64,000 nucleotides of DNA from a virus: positions 126,184 to 190,183 of the IMG/VR virus record IMGVR_UViG_3300025122_000005. One strand, 5' to 3'. Below, piece after piece: positions 31,385 through 38,948 of the stretch. The notes under the pieces are model-generated. The model ran no database searches and was not told where the DNA came from. It saw nothing but the letters and a program-made list of their open reading frames with translations. The number at the start of each line of letters is the position of its first letter. The stretch's first letter is position 1. Both the position numbers and the translations under genes were made by a program.

Positions 31385-31996
31385 ATGTCCGCCAAGCATC
31401 GGCAAGAGTTCGAATTGCTAATATTGCAGGCCAGATATCTCAGAGCACAATTAGAAGTAGACAAAAAAACCTATGAAGAGTCCCAAAAATCTTTTTCTGA
31501 ATCTTTTAATCAACGAGTGAAAGAGATATTAACAAAGGAACAGAGAGAGAGTTTAGAAAAAGTATCAAAGAAGAAGGAAATTAAAAAAGAAAAAGTACCC
31601 AATGATAAAATTAAGCAAGAAAGAAAGGTACATCATCCGGAAAGTATAAAGAAGATCTATAAGGGAATAGCGAGAAGATCACACCCCGACAAGCTTGTAA
31701 ACATTCCAGAAGTGGAAGCAAATATCAAAAAACAATTATTTAGAGAAGCACAGAGTGCAATGGAGAAACAGGACTTTTTGAATTTATTTGATATTGCAAG
31801 AGTCTTGGATGTTGAACTACCAGAACCAGAAGAAGGTCAAATCGACACGCTCGAAAAGAACATAAAAGACATAAAAAATGAAATAAAACAAATAAAAGAG
31901 ACATCAGCTTGGCATTGGTATCACTCTTTGGATGAAAAAAAGGATGAAATTATGGTAAGATATATACAGCATGTATATGAAAGTCACATAAAATGA
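31385..31996 (+). CDS. J-domain (DnaJ-like) co-chaperone protein
   Basis: IKKIYKGIARRSHPDKL contains the HPD motif in helical context, flanked by coiled coils. Confidence 0.75.
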   Translation: MSAKHRQEFELLILQARYLRAQLEVDKKTYEESQKSFSESFNQRVKEILTKEQRESLEKVSKKKEIKKEKVPNDKIKQERKVHHPESIKKIYKGIARRSHPDKLVNIPEVEANIKKQLFREAQSAMEKQDFLNLFDIARVLDVELPEPEEGQIDTLEKNIKDIKNEIKQIKETSAWHWYHSLDEKKDEIMVRYIQHVYESHIK

Positions 31997-32532
31997 TATT
32001 AGGATTAGATGTTTCTACGAGTATAACGGGGGCGACCCTTCTAGACGAAAATGGCGAGATAGTTTTTTGTGAGGCTTGGGATATGAGGGACAAGAAGCGT
32101 TTTAAGGATTTGTTTGATAAGGCGAGCGGTATCCGTTTGTGGCTCTTGGAGATAGCACTCAGACATAAAGTGAAAAAGATATACATAGAAGAACCGTTCA
32201 TGTTTTTTAACTCTGGTGGGTCTTCCGCTAAAACAATGTCAACTTTGCAGACATTCAACGGGATGGTTTCTTGGGCAGCGTTTAGAATGCTAGGTGTGAA
32301 GCCAGAATATTTCAAGGCAACAGCTGCAAGGAAAATATGTGGCATTAAGGTTTCTCGCGGAGAGAAGGCAAAAGAAAAAGTATTGAAGTTTATCCTTGAC
32401 AACATACCTGATTTTGAGGTAGAATATACTAAGTTTAATAATCCAAAGCCCGGTGTTTATGACCGAGCAGATAGTTGGGTTATCGCAAAATCGGGACTAA
32501 TCACGTGGAAAGAGAAAAACTCGGAATCTTAA
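31993..32532 (+). CDS. ruvC: RuvC-like Holliday junction resolvase
   Basis: MILGLDVSTSITG, IYIEEP, ARKICG...KEKV and DRADSWVIA supply the RuvC acidic catalytic residues. Confidence 0.85.
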   Translation: MILGLDVSTSITGATLLDENGEIVFCEAWDMRDKKRFKDLFDKASGIRLWLLEIALRHKVKKIYIEEPFMFFNSGGSSAKTMSTLQTFNGMVSWAAFRMLGVKPEYFKATAARKICGIKVSRGEKAKEKVLKFILDNIPDFEVEYTKFNNPKPGVYDRADSWVIAKSGLITWKEKNSES

Positions 32533-33431
32533 AAGATATCCTTGGCAGGTACTACCAGTCGGGGTCAGAACATCTTTTTAAATGCCCTAAATGCCAACAT
32601 GAAAAGAGAAAACTTTCCATTAACTTAGACAAGGGTGTTTTTAAGTGTTGGGTCTGTGATTATTCTGGACTCAAAATAGCAAATCTTGTTAAAAGATATG
32701 GAACCCTGTCCAGTCATTCGAAGTGGGCTGAGATAGACGGTAGTGTTGATATTTCGTCTTTCGAAGATTTATTCCTTTCACCAGCCGTCCCAGAGAGGGA
32801 TGAGGTTTCTCTTCCGGAATCTTTCGTTACTTTAACGGGTCGTGACAAATCATTTAATTCTAGGCACGCGCACTCTTATTTAAGATCTCGTGGCATAACA
32901 AGGAAGGACATTTTGAGATGGAAGATAGGGTATTGCCCCGACGGAGAATATTCGGGCAGGATCTGCATTCCTTCCTTTGATGAGAGCGGTGATTTAAATT
33001 ACTTTATAGCCAGGTCATACGGGAAGCAATTTCCCAAATATAAGAACCCGCCAGTAAGTCGTGATATCGTATTCAACGACTTGTATGTAGATTGGGATGC
33101 TCCTATAGTGTTAGTGGAGGGTGTCTTTGATGCAATTGTAGCAGACAATGCTGTCCCCATATTGGGCTCGACTCTCAAAGAAGGTTCAGCGTTGTTTGAG
33201 AAAATCGTGAGGAATAAGGCGACGGTATATATGGCTCTAGACCCGGATGCAGCAGAGAAAGAGAAAAGAATAATTAATTCTCTTCTGGAATATGATATAA
33301 AGGTACATAAGATAGACGTTTCTCCTTATGAAGATGTTGGAAGCATGACAAAAGCAGAATTCGACAGGAGAAAGAAAGAATCTACCATTATTGATTCGAT
33401 ACACTATTTATATCAGTGTTTAAAGTTTTAG
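32475..33431 (+). CDS. dnaG: DNA primase (Zn-finger plus TOPRIM); start probably GTG at 32505
   Basis: CPKC...KCWVC zinc-binding domain, GRICIP...YFIAR, KYKNP, and LVEGVFDAI...LDPDA...D TOPRIM motifs. Confidence 0.88.
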   Translation: MGYRKIGTNHVEREKLGILKDILGRYYQSGSEHLFKCPKCQHEKRKLSINLDKGVFKCWVCDYSGLKIANLVKRYGTLSSHSKWAEIDGSVDISSFEDLFLSPAVPERDEVSLPESFVTLTGRDKSFNSRHAHSYLRSRGITRKDILRWKIGYCPDGEYSGRICIPSFDESGDLNYFIARSYGKQFPKYKNPPVSRDIVFNDLYVDWDAPIVLVEGVFDAIVADNAVPILGSTLKEGSALFEKIVRNKATVYMALDPDAAEKEKRIINSLLEYDIKVHKIDVSPYEDVGSMTKAEFDRRKKESTIIDSIHYLYQCLKF

Positions 33432-33446
33432 GGAGGCTACTACAAT

Positions 33447-33638
33447 ATGGAAATTACTAAAGGAAAATTAAAGAAAATAATTCGTGAAGAAGTAGAACGA
33501 ATGACCATCGCGGAAGAAGCCACCGTCGGAAAAGAAATGGCTGACAATCTTATCCAAGAATTCAAAAACCTACCTTTGAGTGACCAACGAGTTTTCTTAT
33601 CTAGATTTGTTAAATTTCTAAATCAAGAAAACATTTGA
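33447..33638 (+). CDS. Small protein with N-terminal KLKKIIREE motif
   Basis: 63-aa ORF with SD GGGAGG, fills the gap between primase and the nuclease gene. Confidence 0.65.
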   Translation: MEITKGKLKKIIREEVERMTIAEEATVGKEMADNLIQEFKNLPLSDQRVFLSRFVKFLNQENI

Positions 33639-33663
33639 CTTCCTTGTCAAAGTATACTATAAT
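33635..33663 (+). promoter_or_regulatory. Sigma70-type promoter TTGACT-N17-TATAAT
   Basis: TTGACT at 33635-33640, 17-nt spacer, TATAAT at 33658-33663, then SD GGAGG and the ATG at 33690. Confidence 0.8.
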
Positions 33664-33689
33664 ATAAGTTAAGAAGCATTGGAGGTTAC

Positions 33690-36600
33690 ATGCGTTTTGC
33701 GCATATTGCGGACACACACATCAGGAATCTGAAATATCATTTTGAATATCGAGAAATTTTTAAGCAACTTTATTCTTCCCTAAAGGAAGAAAACGTCGAT
33801 TATATTATTCATTGCGGCGATATCGCTCATACGAAGACACAAATATCACCAGAATTTGTTGATCTGTGCCGTGATTTCTTTGAGAATTTAAGCAATATTG
33901 CTCCGACTTATATAATTTTAGGGAATCATGACGGCAATTTACGTAATAGTAGTAGGCAAGATGCTTTAACTCCGATTGTTAAAGCATTAAAATCTCCCAA
34001 TCTTCACCTAATTAAGAATGCCAGAGAAGTTGTTTTGGATGAGAATTTTTGTTTAAATATTCTTTCTGTTTTTGATGAGGAAAATTGGATAAAACCGACG
34101 AATACTGAAATGATTAATATTGCTCTTTATCATGGGGCGATAGATAAGTCTAAGACTGACTTAGACTGGACATTGGGGGGTGATCATGATATTGGGATCT
34201 TTGATAATTTTGATTTCGCTTTGCTTGGCGATATCCACAAGACGCAGAATCTAGACAAGGAGGGTCGTGTATGGTATGCTGGATCAACAGTCCAGCAGAA
34301 CTTTGGAGAATCACTAGATAAGGGATATTTACTTTGGGACATCGAAGATAAAGAAACGTTTACTACACGTCATATTGCATTTGATAATCCAAAGCCGTTC
34401 ATTACCATTCCTCTTACCAAGAAGGGCAATTTGCCTAGAAAGATAAGCGTTCCGTCTGGAGCACGTTTAAGAATCGTTTCTGATAATAATGTTTCTTTGG
34501 ATAAGATGAGAAAAGCGGTAGAAATCATTAAGTACAGACACAATCCAGAATCTGTGACCTATCTTAACCGCGCCGCTGGGCAAAAGATATCTTTAGAATC
34601 TGCTTCGGGATTTGCGAAGAAGGACCTGAGAGACATAAAGACACAAGAGGACTTAATAAAGGATTATCTTAAAGATTTTCAAGTTTCAGAAGAAGTGTTA
34701 AACAGGGTGCTGGACTTAAACTCAAAGTATAATAAAGATATTGAACGCCAAGAAGACACTTATCGCAATATAAGCTGGAGTTTAAAGTCGCTTGAATGGG
34801 ATCATCTCTTTAATTACGGCGAAGGTAACAGGATAGATTTTTCGAAATTAGAGGGTATTGTTGGGATTTTTGGAAAAAACTTTTCAGGCAAGTCGTCAAT
34901 TGTTGATTCTCTCTTGTACGCTCTTTACAATTCTTCTTCGAAGTCTGTTCGTAAAAATCTTAACATTATTAACCAAAATAAGGACAAGTGCTTATCACGC
35001 GCCACTCTAGAGATTGATAACACGATTTATTCTGCTGAAAGAACATCTGAGAAGTATATTAAAAAACTTAAGGGCGAAGAAACCTTGGAAGCTAAAACAA
35101 ATTTAGAATTTAGTTCTGTGGATTTGCTGGGAAACGTAACAAGCTTGAACGGCACATCCCGCCAGGATACCGACAAGAATGTTAGAAAATATTTTGGGTC
35201 AATTGATGATTTTTTGCTGACATCTATGTCAAGCCAACTGGACTCTCTTGCGTTTATAAACGAGGGGTCTACAAAAAGAAAAGAAATTTTAGCGAAGTTC
35301 CTTGACTTGGAGATATTTGAAAAGAAATTTAAGATGGCAAAAGAGGATAGCTCTCTGACTAAAGGTGCTCTTAAAAAGCTAGAAGATATAGATTATGAAT
35401 CTTTGATAGAGGAAGTAAAGAATAAGATTATCAAAAGTGAACTAGCGATTGTTAGGAATAAGGCAATTTGCGAGACCCTCCAAGAAGACACCGCAGATAT
35501 GGGGGAAGAAATAAAGTCTTTGCAGGAAAAGATAGATTCTGTACCGGCGGAAATAATTGATATTGTTTCTTTGAAGGAGAAAATAAGAAATAAAAAAAGT
35601 AATATTAAAAGTATTTCAAATAACCAAAATATTAAGGAGGAAAAGCTAAAGGATGATCAATCACTTTATTTAAAAATGGAAGATTTTTTGAAGGACTTTG
35701 ATATTGCTGAATGTTTGGAGCAAAAGGACCTTTACGAAGAAAAGGAAGAGCAGCTCTCTAATTTTCTTTCGGAGATGAAGCGGAAGTCGGAAAAGCTGAA
35801 CACATATCACGACAAAGAGAGACTCTTACAGGAGGTTCCATGTGGTTCTGAGTACTCTCATTGTAAGTTTATAAAGGATGCTTACAAGGCGATTGATTTA
35901 ATACAGATTTCGCAAAGAAGCATAAAGGATACTTCTATTAGCATTAATAACACAGGCGCAGAGATAAGAAAGATTGATTATAAGAAGATAGAAGAGCATA
36001 TTGACAAATACAATCAGCTTTTAGACAAGAAAAACATTACTGCGAATAGAATGGCAGATTTGCAAGTCGAAATGGCCAAAGGCAAAACTGCCCTAATCCA
36101 GGCAAATGTTTTTTTGAAAGATCTTTTGGAAAAGGAAAAAGATTACGAAGACAATCGCGAGGTGATTGAAAATTTAGAAATTCTAATAAAAAAGAGAAAC
36201 GAAATTAAAAGGTCCCTCTCCAAAAAGGAGAAGGAATATAAAGAATGTTATGAGGATACCTTGTCTTTTCACAAATCTCACGGCTCTCTAGAGGAAAGAT
36301 TAAAACTATTAGGCGAACAACAGGCGGAATACAAAACGTTAGCAACAGACTTTGCAGCTTATGATCTTCTTATGACTTGTTCTCATGCAAACGGTATTTC
36401 GTATGATATTATTAAGGAGCGGCTACCCATCATAAATCAGGAGATCGCTAAAATATTAACTAATATTGTTGAGTTTGAGATTTTTATTCAAAACGATGAT
36501 AAAAAGTTGGATATCTTCATAAAGCATCCAAAACACGACCCGCGACCATTAGAAATGGGCTCCGGAGCTGAAAAGACGATTGCTTCAATGGCTATTCGTT

Positions 36601-36830
36601 TAGCTTTCTTAACTGTGTCGAGTTTACCAAAATCGGACCTATTTATATTAGACGAACCTGGTACTGCTTTGGATGAAGAGAACATGGAAGGATTTGTCAG
36701 GATTCTAGATATGGTTAAGGGGTATTTTAAAACTGTGCTTCTCATTTCCCATCTGGATACCCTCAAAGACTGTGTGGACATGCAAATAAGTATCGAGAGA
36801 AAATCTGGTTTTGCTCATGTCAACGTATAG
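33690..36830 (+). CDS. Fused Mre11/SbcD nuclease and Rad50/SbcC ATPase (gp47-gp46 type)
   Basis: Phosphoesterase motifs HIADTH, CGDIAH, GNHD, GDIHK. Walker A GKNFSGKSS, long coiled coil, signature MGSGAE, Walker B/D-loop FILDEPGTALD, H-loop LISH. All in one ORF. Confidence 0.92.
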   Translation: MRFAHIADTHIRNLKYHFEYREIFKQLYSSLKEENVDYIIHCGDIAHTKTQISPEFVDLCRDFFENLSNIAPTYIILGNHDGNLRNSSRQDALTPIVKALKSPNLHLIKNAREVVLDENFCLNILSVFDEENWIKPTNTEMINIALYHGAIDKSKTDLDWTLGGDHDIGIFDNFDFALLGDIHKTQNLDKEGRVWYAGSTVQQNFGESLDKGYLLWDIEDKETFTTRHIAFDNPKPFITIPLTKKGNLPRKISVPSGARLRIVSDNNVSLDKMRKAVEIIKYRHNPESVTYLNRAAGQKISLESASGFAKKDLRDIKTQEDLIKDYLKDFQVSEEVLNRVLDLNSKYNKDIERQEDTYRNISWSLKSLEWDHLFNYGEGNRIDFSKLEGIVGIFGKNFSGKSSIVDSLLYALYNSSSKSVRKNLNIINQNKDKCLSRATLEIDNTIYSAERTSEKYIKKLKGEETLEAKTNLEFSSVDLLGNVTSLNGTSRQDTDKNVRKYFGSIDDFLLTSMSSQLDSLAFINEGSTKRKEILAKFLDLEIFEKKFKMAKEDSSLTKGALKKLEDIDYESLIEEVKNKIIKSELAIVRNKAICETLQEDTADMGEEIKSLQEKIDSVPAEIIDIVSLKEKIRNKKSNIKSISNNQNIKEEKLKDDQSLYLKMEDFLKDFDIAECLEQKDLYEEKEEQLSNFLSEMKRKSEKLNTYHDKERLLQEVPCGSEYSHCKFIKDAYKAIDLIQISQRSIKDTSISINNTGAEIRKIDYKKIEEHIDKYNQLLDKKNITANRMADLQVEMAKGKTALIQANVFLKDLLEKEKDYEDNREVIENLEILIKKRNEIKRSLSKKEKEYKECYEDTLSFHKSHGSLEERLKLLGEQQAEYKTLATDFAAYDLLMTCSHANGISYDIIKERLPIINQEIAKILTNIVEFEIFIQNDDKKLDIFIKHPKHDPRPLEMGSGAEKTIASMAIRLAFLTVSSLPKSDLFILDEPGTALDEENMEGFVRILDMVKGYFKTVLLISHLDTLKDCVDMQISIERKSGFAHVNV

Positions 36831-36839
36831 GAGGGTATC

Positions 36840-37061
36840 ATGGTGACACAGATAAAGGCTTTCGCGGATAAATATACAGAAAAATTTATATCTAGAAAAT
36901 TTCTTGCTTGGGTAACGGCAACAGTATTGTGTGCTTATGGTGTGGTTACTAGTGATAACTGGACAGCGATCACTCTAGCATACATAGGGACTCAAGCTTT
37001 GGTAGATATGGCCGTTCAGTGGAAACATGGACCTGGTGGTGACAATGGCAGCGTTATTTAA
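36840..37061 (+). CDS. Small two-TM membrane protein, holin-like
   Basis: SRKFLAWVTATVLCAYGV and WTAITLAYIGTQALVD hydrophobic segments, 73 aa, SD AGGAGG. Confidence 0.55.
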   Translation: MVTQIKAFADKYTEKFISRKFLAWVTATVLCAYGVVTSDNWTAITLAYIGTQALVDMAVQWKHGPGGDNGSVI

Positions 37062-37440
37062 ACTAAAAAAGGTTTGGGTGTGGTTAAAAACCTATTGGGT
37101 TGTTCCCCTCTTGGTCGCTTGGTCTATATTGGTTTGGGTACTCGCAAGAAAGGATTTCAATGCTGCGAAAGAGGTTATGGAGGCTAGATCGAAGTCTTAT
37201 GAGGACCAAATCTCGGCGATTAAAGATGCCCATAACAAGGAAATTATTAAGAGAGACGACCTCATCAGCGAATACAACGAGACAATCTCTAAAATTGAAA
37301 AGGAATTTGCAAAGAGGGAAAAGACCCTTAAGAAAGATCACGAAAGGGTGGTGAGAGAAATGATTGTAAAGTCTAAAAGTAACCCGGAAGTGATTAAAGA
37401 AATGATTGAAAAGGAGTTCGGTTTTGAAAATATTGAATAA
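37045..37440 (+). CDS. Membrane-anchored coiled-coil protein, i-spanin-like
   Basis: Single N-terminal TM (YWVVPLLVAWSILVWVLA) followed by a charged coiled coil. ATG at 37045 preferred over the track start at 37027. Confidence 0.5.
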   Translation: MAALFKLKKVWVWLKTYWVVPLLVAWSILVWVLARKDFNAAKEVMEARSKSYEDQISAIKDAHNKEIIKRDDLISEYNETISKIEKEFAKREKTLKKDHERVVREMIVKSKSNPEVIKEMIEKEFGFENIE

Positions 37441-37912
37441 GATAATAGTATGTCTTCTAATCTCTGCTCTGGTGTTTCCTGTGTGTGCCCAGCCGGTCGA
37501 AGGCGTAGTGGGCAGTTACATCTACATCCCGCCCGGGGGGAAGCTTCCAGTAAACTTTCCAGATGCCGACTCGGGTGCTTGGTGTTACGACGACGAAGCA
37601 AATATGGTCTTGTTGACTGCTGCTTCTAGGGCGAAGGCTAGGTGCGAGTTGGTGTCAGAATTAAAAATCACACAGGAAAAAGCAAAATTTAATTTAAAGA
37701 TAGAGCTTTTGAAAGCTCATATAATATCATTGAAAGAATCTCACGAGCAAGTTTTGTTTGCTTTAAAAGAAGAAAATCTTAAGCTTGGCAAAATCGCAAT
37801 GGACAGACCGACCAACAAGGGAATGTGGTATGCTGCGGGAGGTTTCGTTACCGGAGTTGCCATCACTATAGTTATTAGTTGGGTTGCAATAGATTTAAAA
37901 GCGAGTTTCTAA
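37406..37912 (+). CDS. Secreted/membrane protein with signal peptide, coiled coil and C-terminal TM (spanin-like)
   Basis: IIVCLLISALVFPVCA signal-like segment and C-terminal WYAAGGFVTGVAITIVISWVAI. Exact start uncertain. Confidence 0.45.
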   Translation: MKRSSVLKILNKIIVCLLISALVFPVCAQPVEGVVGSYIYIPPGGKLPVNFPDADSGAWCYDDEANMVLLTAASRAKARCELVSELKITQEKAKFNLKIELLKAHIISLKESHEQVLFALKEENLKLGKIAMDRPTNKGMWYAAGGFVTGVAITIVISWVAIDLKASF

Positions 37913-37913
37913 A

Positions 37914-38312
37914 ATGAGCGATGATCCGAATTACGTCGCAAAGTTAGAAAAGGCTATAAGTGAAAAATACGGCGAAGAAGCAATTCAGAATCCAAAGAAG
38001 TTATGGAACAAGGAAAAGGAACAAAAATATCTGAAGGATTTAAAAGAATTTTATTCACGAGAAACAGAGAAAAGAGAATCAGAGAGACAGCGCACAGAAG
38101 GTGGCATTTTAATCTCTAAAAGAATTCTAGAAAAAGAGAGCAATAGAGAGTGTCCCGTGTGTGTAAAATATTCTTTTGCAATGAAAGACGACCTTTATAT
38201 GAGCAAGTTTCAATGTTGTTTTGATTGCTACATTCACTACGTTGAAGGACGTGAAGCACGATGGAGGTCAGGTTGGCGTCCGGATAAGAATACTATGGCA
38301 ATTATGAAATGA
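37914..38312 (+). CDS. Hypothetical protein with CxxC...CxxC zinc finger
   Basis: ECPVC...CCFDCY motif, two genes upstream of the terminase. Confidence 0.65.
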   Translation: MSDDPNYVAKLEKAISEKYGEEAIQNPKKLWNKEKEQKYLKDLKEFYSRETEKRESERQRTEGGILISKRILEKESNRECPVCVKYSFAMKDDLYMSKFQCCFDCYIHYVEGREARWRSGWRPDKNTMAIMK

Positions 38313-38344
38313 AACTACTATTTAGTATAAAGCGAGGATTTTAA

Positions 38345-38944
38345 ATGGCTACTATATTAAACATCATAAACGGTATATCTCAAGTATGCTCAAACACACA
38401 TGACGGCGCGACTGACTCCGACGGCAATCGTGTTGAGTTGGGTCTTAAAAGAGAAGAGGGCGACCCGATAATTGATTCTAGAGTTATGGATGGGTTTTCT
38501 GTGCGGTTTTATGGGGATAAAATCTGCGTCTCATATCAGTGTGACCCTAAACTAAAAGATGTCCACAAGAATAATTTTGAGTCTAATATCGAATCAATGA
38601 TAAATGACGTTGTCAAATTTATTAAAAAGGAATATAAAAAGTTGACCAAAAACACTCTTTCTTTAACGGAGGAAGGCGAAATAGATGTTCTTGTACAATA
38701 CATCTCCAGCGTTAGAACAACCGTCACTGCTAAGAAGCACTACAAAATAGGCGGCAATCCACTGAGGGGTCAGGACGGCGCAAAAGACGGAAGTAAGGAT
38801 CGTCTAGACGACACTTTTAAGAAGTTTCTTGAACTTGGTAAAAAGAGCCCCCGCGCCAAGAACGATAAATCTAAAAAAGATAATTATAAACCATTCGATC
38901 CGTTTAATATGGAAACTGGTGCTAGAAACAAAAATCTAAAGTAG
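38345..38944 (+). CDS. Hypothetical protein directly upstream of terminase
   Basis: 199-aa ORF with SD GAGG and an upstream CTATTTA motif. Confidence 0.65.
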   Translation: MATILNIINGISQVCSNTHDGATDSDGNRVELGLKREEGDPIIDSRVMDGFSVRFYGDKICVSYQCDPKLKDVHKNNFESNIESMINDVVKFIKKEYKKLTKNTLSLTEEGEIDVLVQYISSVRTTVTAKKHYKIGGNPLRGQDGAKDGSKDRLDDTFKKFLELGKKSPRAKNDKSKKDNYKPFDPFNMETGARNKNLK

Positions 38945-38948
38945 GAAA

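Noticed and set aside
33622-33650. Minus-strand promoter from TTGACA at 33650-33645
   Set aside because: No acceptable -10 hexamer at 16-18 nt spacing.
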